From positions 682,001-746,000 of the forward strand of contig ML978128.1 of assembly GCA_010015805.1 (NCBI GenBank): DNA of 64,000 bases, given 5' to 3'. The stretch's first letter is position 1. Every line of letters begins with the position of its first letter. The DNA is from Rhizodiscina lignyota. Lineage: Eukaryota. Below are positions 23,256-38,549 of this stretch, piece after piece. The position numbers were made by a program, and so were the translations under genes. The notes beneath the pieces were generated by a model, which saw nothing but the letters and a program-made list of their open reading frames with translations, searched no databases and had not been told where the DNA came from.

Positions 23256-26200
23256 CGCAGCGTTGTGCCAATTTTCAAGTTGCGACGCGCTTTTGAAGAT
23301 TTTCGGCCGATTTCCACACGCGCGGAAGCATCGTGATCACGTGCAATCGGACCGACTGAGAGACATCATCTTCATTTATTGCACCCAAGCCCACGTCAGA
23401 TCATTGAGAAACGCAAAGGATATGAATCAGTTATTAAATTGAACTCTATACAATGATTCAAATCGCTCCGACAATCACATTCCACGCCCATACGGACCAT
23501 AAAAGCGTCGACAGCAGCGTCGAGATGGAAATATCAAAAATCACTGACTCGCCAAAATCGTCACGATGCATCGAGGACAAACAAATTCACGATCCTAGCG
23601 GCGTCAAAGGGCAAAATCCCACCCAAATCCCACCCTCACCACCACGAGACGCTGCGCCACCCCGTCGTCGAAATAAGCTCGCACGCTTCGCCCACGCCGT
23701 CGACGGGAGCTTAACCACGCAGTCGGGCGAGACGAAAGCTGCATCCCAAAAGGAAACGGCGTAGCGCCGTCCACACGTTCCTGGCCCCGCCGAAAAAAAA
23801 AACGAAGGGAAGGGGGGGGAGGGGGACCCTTCTCGTGTCGGGCGGTGTGCGGTGTGTGTGGTTGGGGAGGAGAGATAGTGTTAGATTAATCAGATCCGCG
23901 CTAAGAGGGTGACCAGACGCCCTTCACGCCGTTTTGCTGGCTGCGTTCAAGCCTACTTATGTAGTTCGCGCATGGCGACGAGGCTAGCCACCTAGTGCTC
24001 TCTGCCTCTCACCCCCTTCTGAGATACGCGAGGCGCGACTAAGACGAGTGTACCCAGCTAGCCTCGAATCGACACGCGCGTGGAGAGGGGGCCAATGGCC
24101 GTTGCTTAGGTAAAGAGGGTGGAACCGTCATCAAAGGGAGAGCAGCAATCGGACGGCGCGGATGGGAGGTTTGTCGTTGGAGATGGGAGTCTGCGAGAGA
24201 AGACCACGCTCATCTCCCCGCACACAGCCGAGCGCGAGAAGCGAGTGTGAGCACAGCTCGTCAGCAGCAGCAGAGCCCACCTTCCAAACTCTTCCAAACC
24301 CCCATCTCCACGGCTGTGATCCGCCAGCACGGGACGGCGTCGGCGATGGCTCCTCGTCCACGGCTCGGCTTGCCGAGCGTTACACAAGACTGACGAGCAG
24401 CCTTTTGTTCTGCACGAAATCTTAGCACCCCGCCCACCAGCATCGCGCGGCACCCGAACGCCTGCGAACTCCCGTCAGCACGGGACTAGTGAATGCTGTG
24501 TAACCGTCAACGGCCTGACTAGAGCACGCAGCAAGCCGGAAGGGCGTGAGTGCCACATACACGGATCGTGCAGATGCATTAGAGTAGTTAAGGATCGCTG
24601 GCCGACGGCCTGCCCGTTCCGTCAGAGGCTTTTGCTCAGGCATGCAGAGAGAAAAAAAGATTTCTGCGGGGGCATTGTATTGGAGACCGTCGGGATGGTA
24701 GGCAAATAGCATTCAATAAGCATCGCTCGGTGAACTCCGTTGCGTGTGGCCTTCTGTGGCGTCGTGTTGCTACTTTCGTATAACAGGATCGATGTATACG
24801 AGACCCTCGCCATCGGAGGTATTCACCGAAAGCCCCTCGCCGCCGAGGGTATCCCTTCAGTGCGCGTTAGCAAGGCCAAGGGCTCAAACAACTGACAAGG
24901 GCTACGATCTGCGGCAGCCAGGCGAAAACAGGTCTAGGACCGTGAGAAATGTGCATGTGATGGGCATGGGTGTCTGTATGGAATCGATGTCCGACGAAAC
25001 ATCATGCGATACCCTTCCCATCGAGCAGGTCGTCGGACAGACTCGGTCTTAATATGATCTCAATGGGGGCCATTTGCAGGTTGGCCGCGCAGCTCCTGTT
25101 GAGCGATTCGCAAGCAGGCTTTATTGAAATCTGGGGTGGTTAGTCATGAGTGTTGGATGGCATGCTGGACGGTGAGGGATTGGACTGCATCCAAGACGAC
25201 AAGGGCACGGCCGTGATGACGAATGAACTCGTCACTGTGTTTGGGAATGCGACTGATCGCACAAACTGTTTCGTGGTGCATCCCTGTTTCGTCCCAGCCA
25301 CAGCCATCGCCTGTCGTCTATAGTCTGTCTCAAGCTCCGTCCGATATCGCGGATGAAACTCTTGCCACTCGCGAGCTCGATTTAGCACACGAAGACGGTT
25401 ACAATGCGAAGATATGTTTGCGATAGAACATTTGATATAGTGCTTTACTTTTCGCAGCTCATTCTATCAGCTTTTCGTCTCCCACGACTAAACGCAGCGG
25501 TCCATTACGAACTGAGACGAGCCGTGTAAAAGCGAACTGATGACTTATTGGTACACAGATAGAAAGGGAATCGATTCGAAGAAGACGCAGTTTGCACACA
25601 CTCACACACCCTGACCATTTTGACCAAAGCATTGCCGTAGCAAAGAAGCAAAACAAATTGAAAACTGTGCCGTTGCCCAATGCGAAGAAAAGCAGTTCAA
25701 ATATCTCGGTGCAAGAAGTGTATGCGCCGAATCCCTATGCTGGAAGCGGGAACAGATCTAGAGAAAGGTAGAGGGGGAAACGAAGGGGGAAAGCAAACGG
25801 TAAAGCTGATCGAGGGTGCCATTGAGCAAAAGAAAACACGACCAAGGTCGACGCCGTCGCCTTTTGCTTTGACCAGAAGAAGAAACCCCAAGCTCAAGGG
25901 GACGCAAGAGCCCAGAACCACCCTTGGATGCTTTCCCTCAATGCCGCTCACGATGGACCATACCGATGATGCCACTATTGGTAGTGAGGATGGTTTGAAG
26001 AAGTTGCCAGCCGTTACTCGTAAGCTCTTGTAGACCATGTTGTCCCTTAATCCCCGAAATCAGACGAACACCAGCACCACCCCATTTTTGTGCAGGAAGG
26101 AAAAAGCCGCCCCCAGCCGTGAAAATGCAGAGCAAAGCACCAAACACGCAGATGCAGAATAGCCAGTAAGTTGTGCGTCGAGGGAGATGCGGAAGTTGAC

Positions 26201-26294
26201 ACGACGCGATTTGCGACGGCACTCCAGCAGCGGTAATCAGAGATTACCTAGGCAGCCAGAAGAATTTGTGGGAACCAGTACAAATCGCGGGTGC

Positions 26295-27979
26295 TCATTG
26301 TTGAAAGCTTGCAGCTCCGTTATCCGCATCTGAAAGCCAAAATGAGCTTCAGGATAGTCGGAAGGGGAGACGGAAATGAGAACTAACGCTGCTGGTACAT
26401 GGTGTGGTTGTTCTGGCCGTATGGCGACTGAGGGTATCTATGTGGCATTAGCATGTTTGTGATATGACAAATGCTTATAAACATACTGTGGCATGCCCTC
26501 GATCGCAGGGCTTTGATTGCCATAGGATGGCCCTTGGGTTCCAGCGGGCGTGTATCCGATCGGTGGCAACTGAGGTCCGCCACCCATCGAAGGTTGCGGG
26601 CCTACTGGAGTTCGCATGTGGCCATAGAGCGGCGTCTCAGGGCCATTGCTCTCTGCACCGCGGGCTGCGCTGTCAGCAGCGACGCGCTGTCGCTCCTCGT
26701 CTGCTTTGCGCGCCTGCTCCTCTTCCTTCTTCTTGGCCTTCCACTCTTTGCGGATTTCTTTGAACTCTGCCGAAATTCACAGTGAGTATTCGGTCTATTT
26801 TTAAGTGTTTATAGCTTGAGTGAGGAGAGGTTGGATGTGGGGTTAGTCAGTCATCGCTAGCGCGCGCGATCTTGAGGCGACCCGAGTCCGCGGGAAACAC
26901 CATCGTGATAGTGCTGTGCAACACCACGCTAAAACTAGGCGCAACGCCAAAATCGACGACAAGTCTTTAAAAAATGTAGGGAATAGCGTCGAAAATAAAG
27001 TACTAAGAGTTTGCAACTCACCTTCTGGTGTTCGCTTCTGTCCATGCGACTGCATCGTGACGTGCGCGTTCAGATGGTTAAGAGTACCATACGCCTTTTC
27101 GCAGCCATTCCATCCGCACTTGTACATGCGCTCAATCTCTTCGTAGCGTCGTCGCGGACGCTTGTGCTGCTGCGCGCCAGGAATTGGAACGAAAGAGTAG
27201 ACAGTCGACAGAGGATGACCACCCTGATAGCCCTGGTCAGAATTAGTCGTCTGAAGCAAAGAAAACGAGCTCACCGCTGGTGGGCGTTGTACAGGAGAGA
27301 CCATTGCAGGCGTTGGAGGGCCTGAAGAACTAGGGTGACCGTATGGAGGCATTGGGGGATGCCCCGGGTACTGCCCTCCGGCCCACTCTGGGCGAGCATA
27401 CACGCCTGGATGACCTGCGTAGTGCATCTCGTGCTGGGCACCGTACGGCGAATATTGCGCTTGCGGAGGGTAGGTGGGGCTGGTCGCGGCGGCTATCGAG
27501 GGATCTATAGGTACGTCGTTGTTAGAAGATTTGATGTCGTGCGCGTTGCTATTGCTGGCTTGGCCATCTGGCAAAGGCATGGACGGACTTGTTGCTTGCG
27601 CCATTCCTCCTGCGTTTGCACCCTGCCCTGCGGACGGGTGATACGATCGTTGAATGTAGTCTGGAAACGAGCCTGAGCGCGCTGAAGAGGGCGCAATGCC
27701 GTACTCGGACGTTGGAGTCGCGGAGGACGAGAAATTGGCGGATCGCGGGTCTTGACCCTGCGGATATTGCGCAGCAGACGCTTGATCTGCAGGTGAAGCT
27801 TCAGATTGCGGCTCGCGAACGCTTTGGAAGGGCGATTGCAAACCTGGCTGCGTATATTCCGGCTGCCTACCGTCCATAGGCTGGTAACCGCTTTGAGAGT
27901 AGGCAACGAGTTTTGCCTCTGGTGATAGCGGGCTCTTCGGTCGCGCAGTTGGTGGTGGTGAAGAATAGGCGGTTGTCAT
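26295..27979 (-). CDS. CON7: C2H2 zinc-finger transcription factor Con7 (Vta2/Con7-1 family); 5' start and last exon uncertain; 255-nt intron 26767-27021
   Basis: VYSFVPIPGAQQHKRPRRRYEEIERMYKCGWNGCEKAYGTLNHLNAHVTMQSHGQKRTPE|EFKEIRKEWKAKKKEEE is the Con7 signature. Confidence 0.85.
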
Positions 27980-30900
27980 TCCACGAAACAAAAGTAAAGA
28001 AGTGTCCGGCACCGGTCTGGTCGCGTCGATCTAAGTGGGAGCCAACGGACCGACAACTCTTGATTCTGCTTCGCAGAGGGGCCGGCGTGGAGCAGTCGCT
28101 GTCAGGCACGATAGCGCAAAGCCCAGACGCGGGTGATTGACAGACGGACTGGTGCGCAGAACACAACCTCGGAAATAGCGAGAGAGGATGGTGGTGCGCC
28201 TTCAGGGGAATCGAAGGTCAGATAGCGCCGTTCTTAGCTGAAGCCAAATACCCTTGCTTATTCGAGGATCGTGCGCGTGGTAGTGCCGATGACAGAACAC
28301 GACTCGTGCAGGGTGGGAGAGAGTGGAGTGCTACCGACTGATGGAGTTTGAAGGTGCAGGACTGCACAGATGCGCTTGGAGCAGAGGCAAAAGCCGGCTA
28401 GGTGCAGAAACGGGATAGAGTGCGTGGCGCAACGCAAAAATAGTGGCAGGGAATGGTCAGTGATGGCCACCGTCAGGGCTCCGACACGGACGCACTGCCT
28501 GCGCTGTGGGAGAAAAGAGAGTGATGACGCTTGCCCAGACGGACGTCGATCCTTCTTTGCCGAGCCGCTGGGAGGGTACACGCTGGGAACGGCCTGGGAT
28601 CAGATTGGGGAGGGTAGCGTGAGTGGACGACGGACGGGCGACCACAAGAGGACCTCACGATCTTTGGAGACCCAGGATCAGGAATGGAAGGGCAGATTGC
28701 GGGAGACGAGTTGCAAGTCTTGCGATGCACGGAGGAAAGAGGAAAGGCGCGCAAATTTCGAGTGCACGCCCCACAATCAAAAGGCTCGCGCGCGCCGGTG
28801 ATTGGCCGCTTGCGATGTACTTTTCAGGTTGCTCCGCGAAAGGGCCGATTGGGGTTTGTTGCTGTACCGGGTCTGCAGTTGTGGGCAGCGTCCGGGCCAG
28901 AATCGGGGGCGTCGCTGGATCACCTAACCAACGGGTCCCGCGCAATGAGGGAGCAGCGAAATCAAATGCTCGCTGGAGGCAGCGCGAGTTGCGGGACGGG
29001 TCCGGATGGTGCTGATGCTGCTTGCGGGCTGATTAGCAGTGGCGCGCCGCTGAGTGGAGGAGTGGTGTGGCTGTCCAGCTGTGCTGCGATGCAGGCGTGT
29101 GTGAGGTGCTGGTGCTCAAGCGCGGCAGGCCTGCTGGTGAGCGGATGAATAATGGCAGTGACTCTGGAAGAGGCCGCAGACGGCCACGATTGCCCGGAGC
29201 TGCTGCTGCAGATCGTCGCAGAATGGCGCCGAGCTGCCCCGATCTTCCACGGCGGGACTGGCGATGTCAACAGTCGCGGAGGGTGGAGGGAAGAGCAAGT
29301 CCGGCAGCGCTCGATCCCTGTCTCACTGCGGTGGAGAGACACGGCGGAGCGAGAGGCAGAGCGGCGCGAGTGCTGGTGACGCGTGAGCTCGAGTGTTGTG
29401 TTGTGTTTAGCCACTGCGTGTCGCACGCTGGAACGGTCGCACGCGTGCGCGAGTGGCACGATGTGGGCGAGCGGGCGCGCGTGCCTGTCGACGTTTGCGG
29501 GCTGGCAGCGCAGCTCACGCGGAATAGGGCTTCAGCAGTTGCGCTACGAGCTCCAGGCGTCTGGATGAACGCCCTCCAGATGGCGTACGGCGGGCACTAG
29601 GTCTGGCGAGGCTAGCGGCGTGAGACTTGCACGGAGCAGGCTAGGAGCGCCTTCAGCCTCAGTCTGCGAATCTGGCAGGCACGCTTCGAGCGCTGCGCTA
29701 GTGCGACTGCCGAACGCGGGGCCGCAACGTCGCTGCTGGACGCTGGACAACAGGCGGATTGGGAATGCGTGCGCGGCGAGGGGCGCGAGAGGAGGTTTGC
29801 TCTGGTCTGCTGCGACTGCTGGCGGAGAGGAGCGAGGCAGAAGTGGAGGGGAGTGCGGGAGGAAGGCAGTCGCAGTCGTCGGCAGCACCGCGCGCACACC
29901 GCCCAGCCAATTCATCAAACACAGCAAGGCATGCGCGTGCGGCAGCGCAGAATGGGCATGTCACTCTGACGCTCACTCTACCTGCTCGCAGTTGTACAGC
30001 TGCATTTCTCGTATACCGTAGCTACCTTCTGTATAGCGATGCTTCTCCCACCACGTCCAGCCTCCAAATTCGCCGACAGCCAGTCAAGCGCGCGCCGTGC
30101 AGTGGCATCCGTCAGTCCAGCTGTGCATTATCTCATCTACTGTATCTCACACTCGGCCCCATGGCGGCCCACTCAGCACGTTGATCATGCAAGCGGCTGT
30201 CTGCGAGGGGGCTGGGACGAGGGCAGGCAGGAAGTGCGGTGCCTAATCGAGCGCCTGCCCCCTTCCTCCGACATGGCGGGCTTCTGCCGATTTCTGTGAC
30301 TGGCGGTTATTGCGGGAATGTCATCAGCAAAAATGCTGCTCACCTCGCCCAATTCAATCCATCCGCCCATCGCCATGCGCGGATTAGCAGCCCGAGCAGG
30401 CAAAGGCAGGCAGGAGTGGGGCCGCCGCAGACGTTTCGGTAAGCCATTCCGTAAGAATTGCTGCTGCTCCTGCCTGCCTCAGGGACCTTACCTTACTCAA
30501 CATCCATACCTCCTCCTACATGTCCCATAAGAACGCCTACAGCGACCCTCTCCCACTTCCACTCGCGCGCCTTCCTCCAACAACATTCCGCAGGCCCTGC
30601 GCCGTGGCGGCTGTCCGGACTCCCAGGCTGTCAGATGGGTCCAGCCTCCCGAGGACGACCGCAAACGTGTCTCTTGCGTGGTCCGACGATGTCATCCAGC
30701 ATGTTCCGCCGTCGCCAAGGCGAATGAGAGGCCAGGGAATACGGAAAGTCAATATCCAATGCCTTCGGCTCGCGTGCCTCGTTTGCATGGCGGTCAAGAC
30801 CGGTAAAGTGAAAGGTGTGCATTGAACCGAAGAGCTCTGAGAGGGCGGGAGCTATGTCCGCGCGGCATCATGCGGTACCGGTAACCGCGTGCGTAAAACT

Positions 30901-32725
30901 TGCTCTCAGAATTCCATCTGCTATTGCGTGCGTCTTGCAAGTGACATACGTCCAGCTGTAGACGTCGTCGATGAGTTCCGTATTCCGGCTCCCCCCCGGT
31001 GGGATACGGAGTAGGCCCCAATACATGTCACCCTATTGTTATCTTGAGCTGAGCGATTAGTCAAGACATGACTCTTGTGGCCTCTGATATCGAAATGCAA
31101 ATTGAAGATCGGCCTTAATATGTCGTTCACCTTTTACTTGATTGGATGCTATCGGCAATTTCTGGGCCATGTCCCAATCCTTCAGCCGAGCAGGGAAATC
31201 CGAAATGTCGAAAATCTGCCCATGCACATCATCCTGTCTCCACAACATCAGAGCACGTTAACTCTCACACCATCGGTTCCTCGGCCAAATTTACTTAATA
31301 TTGGAGCAGTGGAGCATGGAGATCGCCTACGCAGCATATTTCTACAGCCCGAGTCATGAACGCCTGCCGCGGGAATAAGACATAATCATCTGCAATGCTT
31401 GTGAGATGCTTGTGAGGATTAGCATGCTCGCCGAAACGGTGAGATCAACAACACCAAACTCCTCAAGTCTCCCGCAAAAAGACGTTCTGGCCGGGGTCGA
31501 CCGCTTGCGCGCTCGCCCCCACAAAAAGGACGAGTGGCATGATGGATTAGCATCGCAGCTGTGAGCACTTCCTGTCGGCTTTCCCGGGGGCGTTCACAAG
31601 CGTCCAGCAAGGGTACTGAGATCCTTTCCCTGCGTCTTGCGTCTGCCTCACGTTTCGGCCTGTGCCAACCGTGGATCTTGTCATCTCAGAGCTTGGCACC
31701 TGGCCATTTCTGAGCCGGTAGCCCTTGCGAACATAAGGGCAGAAAATGCTGTGGCGCTCGGGCATATGTACCTCTTGCTGCCTGCATATCTGGACTCGGG
31801 ATGGGATAATCTGAAAGGGCAGCGCCTTGCGCCGACGGGCCGAATTGTGAATAACCATGACTGTTGCCGTGTGTCAGGAGAACCGCCTCTCTGCTGCTGT
31901 TTCGATTGTGTCAATGATAGTCCGATCAGTGAGCGAGGAGTCTGCCCGCTCGTGCTGGAGCGGACCGCGACAATGGGAAGAACAGACTGAAAAGGGCAGC
32001 TCAGAATGCAGGATTCCAGTGTGTCAGCCTTCCATCAGCCATCAGGTTGGTCGCGTGTGTTGCATGATTCGCTGCGCAGCAGCATTTTCGACGCAAACGG
32101 ACGCAAAGGGCTTGGATAGACCCTGAACGTGGAGAGAAGTGTGGCAGTGGCAGCGGAGGCAAAAGTAACTTGATGCATTTTCCCCCTTCATCGTGCGCCG
32201 ATGTCAACGTCGATGCATGGCATTTCGGCCTGGCACGCACGGCAATACGAGCTCATTTACACAGGATCAGTGTCTCGGTGCAATCCTTCAAAACAACTTG
32301 CACTGGCATAAAAGCCATCAAATCCATTTTCGGCCTTAGGGCAAAGAGGCATCGGTAACTTCCATCGCCGTAGAAAATTATTCATGGAATTTTTTAAGGA
32401 GGAACTATCTGAACCTCTATCGTTGTAGCCAGCAAAGTAGCCCTGCAAATACTAAGTCTATCGTATTTGACGCCTTCCGTATGCACAGCCGCACTTTCCC
32501 AGCCAAAGCACATTGCAGTGCAGCTGGTGGTGAGAAGATCTTCAGAATCATGACAAAGAAAAGTAGCATCCCATGGGAGATGTGCAGCGAATTCTCCCCA
32601 GATGCAGTCTGTCGTGCACATGTGAAAGGCCCTGGGGAAGTCTATTGTGATCCTTGCAAACTCCAATTCGCCAAGAACAGAAAGGAAATAGAGAAGTGTG
32701 GATATCGAAGCACGGGTGGATGACT

Positions 32726-35090
<2,365 letters not shown>

Positions 35091-35612
35091 TCAAAGGAGC
35101 CGAAAAATCTAAGCGCAGGCTGAAAAGACCGGTAAGCCGCTCCTTTGAGAGACCAAAGACTCACGGACGGCAAAGGGGGTGTGAGGAAGTTGATGAGGAA
35201 GGGAAAGAGAAGAGTGAGTTGAGGAAGGGAGAGTGCGTTGTGCGATGTAGATGTTTGAAGGCGAACGAAGGTGCCAGAGAATTTTTGAGAAGTCGCGCTA
35301 GGCGGCTGCAAATTTAGTTTAGCGCCTTGGCAGTGAGCTTAGCCTCCGATTCGCCACCGGCTTGGGATTATGCTACCGCCTCAAAGAAGACTGCCTCACT
35401 CTGCATGCGCCTCCCTGGCCTTTAACTGCTCTTAAGATCCAGGTAAAATTGACTTGAGATTTTCATCATCTATGTCTTGTGTCTTCTTTGCTTTGGACTG
35501 AGACAGGCCGATGTCTAATGCATATCCAGAGAAGGTCCAACTCTAACTAGCACAAAGAAACGCATCATATCCAAAAGCACTATACCATTCCCGTTCCAGC
35601 TCTATCGTACCT

Positions 35613-37721
35613 TTATGGCCCTAGGCCCATTTCCCAGAACCCAGTCTCCATCTGTAGTCTCGTTAGATGAATCTTCTCTCAGCATGCTATGCAGGCACTC
35701 ACCCTCGTAGCATGAACGAAAATCTTCACCAGTTCTTCAATTCGACTTGGTGATTGAAGTACGGCATACTTCTCGACAACCTCTATAAAGCTGTTAGTTG
35801 ATAAGCACAACACAAAGATATAAATTCAGACATACCAGAACCCGCATCTACTGCAGACACGTAGTCCTCCCCGACATATGTCTCGATCCACTTCCAATAC
35901 CTGTTCCGACTTCCACGCGCCGTTTGAGGATCGTCGTATAGCCTCCTTGCGATTTTGCCATAACCGATCAAGCAGGGCAGCAGGGCCATGTGGAGTCCGA
36001 ACCAGTCTTCAGACTGGCCGACATCCAGCACGTATCTCGTGTATGCAGTGCATGCTGTCTCGCGGTGAAAATTCAAGGCCTCGAACACACAGAAGACCTT
36101 ATAGTTTCACGTACCTTGATGCTCTTCGTGTTTGACGATTTCCGCCTCTGAAAGACCAAAGTCCCTGCAATATTCGAGGTGAAGCTTCATCTCCGCCTGC
36201 ATGGACACGACGATCTCCGCAAACTGTATCATAACTCAGCGAATTGTCAAATATTCTGGGAAAGCTCTCTCACGTCTCTGATATGTTGGAGGTTTTTGCT
36301 CTTGTACGAAAGCAGAGAATATGCTCTTGAGAAATGAATCTGTATATATCAGCGTTTGTCCTTCCGTCTTGGGAGAGTGCCTCGACACACGAGGAAGAGA
36401 TAGTCCTGAATCAAGTAGAACTTGAATCTTCCGATGTCCAAAGAGTTATCGGCCAGCCTTTTTACAAAGTCGTGTTCCGTATGCTCCTTCCAAGCACCTT
36501 TCACATCGGGTCGTTCTAATAGGTAGTCGACGAATCCGCCACTTGCACTTTAGTAAGCCTACATCCTCAAATGGGGAAACTTAGCGTATGGCATACGGTA
36601 CAAATGGCAAAGTGTATGTCGAATGGAAATGATTGATTGGCCCATTTCCTTGGCCGATCTCGTAGCTCGTCCTGATTCCTGCCTCGACGTATCGGTTTGC
36701 TGCTCGGACGGCTTGCTCCATGGACATCTCCGAAGCCAAGTTTGCTGCGATCGCAGCTAACTCGAAATCAGTCCAAGCTGCAACAGAAGAAGTAGGACGA
36801 CACTTACAAGCAAGAGAACAGCCTGTCCCGTGAGTATTCTTGGAATGGATATAGTCGGACTTTAGGATGATGGGCGCCTCCTCTCCACAGAGAATGTTGA
36901 CCACTGTATGATGATCGGCTTCGGACTTGGATATCTTTTCATCTTTGGTCAAGGGTATGTGGCCTCCTTTCAGAAGAACATATTTTGGACCAAGCTTCTG
37001 GACTGATTGGGCCATTTCGATGATATCTTGCAAACTGCTCGGCTCCTTTGCCTCGACCCCAGCGTTCTCGAGCATCAATTGGGCCTCTGGAAGATTGGGT
37101 GTTAAGATGGTAGTGAGTGGAAGTATCTGTTCTCTTAACGTCTGAACAGCATCTTCTGGGAGCAATTGCGAGCCGCTCGTAGAGACCATCACCTGCATTT
37201 CAATCAGTACTGCACTGCCTAGAAGGGAGTCAAACGTACCGGATCGATGATTGTTACGCCGATTTTATGGCGCCTGAGAGCATCCGCTACGACACGAATC
37301 GTATCCGCTGAAGCAAGCATGCCTGGGGAGCAGCGTCAGTGTCACCAGTGGTTGGCAAATCGTAACACAGGCTTACCCGTCTTAACCGCATCCGCTCCAA
37401 TGTCGTCAATGCACGCATCTATTTGCTGCTTCACAAATTCTGACGGAGTTACATGAATGTTTCTGACGCCTTGCGTGTTCTGAGCAGTGAGAGCGGTGGT
37501 CGCAGTCATTGCGTAGCATTGGTGAGCCTATGGTCGATTAGCTAACATCGAGATAGATGCCGAAGACAGATGAGACGCACGGAGAGGACTTTTTGGTCTG
37601 CCTCTAACCCTCTATTTCGAATTTGTTAGCACCCTGTTCTTGCGTTCGAGATGAATTGAGCATCATACGCTCCACCTGAGCTGTCAGAACCAGCGATCAC
37701 CAATACTCGTTTCGGAGCCAT
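35613..37721 (-). CDS. THI20: Hydroxymethylpyrimidine/phosphomethylpyrimidine kinase fused to TenA (Thi20/21 type), multi-exon
   Basis: RVLVIAGSDSSGGA, TALTAQNTQGV, DPVMVSTSG, LTPNLPEA, LKGGH, THGTGCSLA, GPINHFHS; TenA part YLIQDY, YTRYVLDVG, LLPCLIGY, YWKWIETY, FWEM. Confidence 0.92.
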
Positions 37722-38549
37722 TTGAAAATAGAATCGCTTAGAAAATATTGGCTGGTTTCCAATATAGATTGAATTCTTCGAATAAACATTAGCGAAACGT
37801 TCAATTAAAGCGAAAGTCTTCATGGCGTCGGCGATCCACGGAGGTGGTCATGAAGAATCATCACGATTGAAGATAAACACTCGAGAAAAAAATATATCAT
37901 ACATCCGGCCCACATAAAAATAGTCGTACGCTTTGCAACAAGGTCCACGGGGTGTTCAGGTGATTTGCTTGTTTGGTGGTCACACAAGTGATAATAGCAA
38001 CGGTATGAATAGGCTCGTACTGCGTAGCCAAGCTTTTGTGGAAGCTTTGGGACGATTTTCTGAGCCCAAAATGTGGCAATGCCAACGACTATATGAAAAG
38101 AGTAGGATAGACAAGAACTATATCGATTGGAGAATCATTCCGAGCAGATGAAAAGGACGTTGCAGTTGAAAGAACAAGGGATGATTCAACTGAATCCATT
38201 TTTATCCGTAGCCCTTTCTGGGACCGTACTTTAGCGACCCGCGGAAAAAGTACTGTGCTCCACTGCTTCACATGCTCCAGGGCCCGTAATGGCAGGTACC
38301 AATTCATCGTCAAGACTCAAGTCGACTTCATCTTATCCACAGAAATGGCAATGTTGATCATAAAAATGGTGAATTTACCGTGCGAGTAATTCGCATGCGC
38401 TGAGCGCTACACAGCGCACGGACTTTACCGGTTGCCGTGGGCAGGGATCTCCATTGTTTGCCAACAACCTGTCGCCGATCCAACTTCGATGTGCAGAACA
38501 TCCTCATACGAAGACAATTACACTGCGCACGCATATTCGTGATTGCGCA

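Noticed and set aside
28258..32448. Many overlapping 60-180 aa ORFs upstream of CON7
   Set aside because: Expected in GC-rich DNA; Arg/Ala/Cys-rich on both strands, with no domains or consistent splice pattern.
35613..37900. TPP riboswitch in the thiamine-pathway gene THI20
   Set aside because: Introns are short and I could not find the TPP aptamer core motifs.
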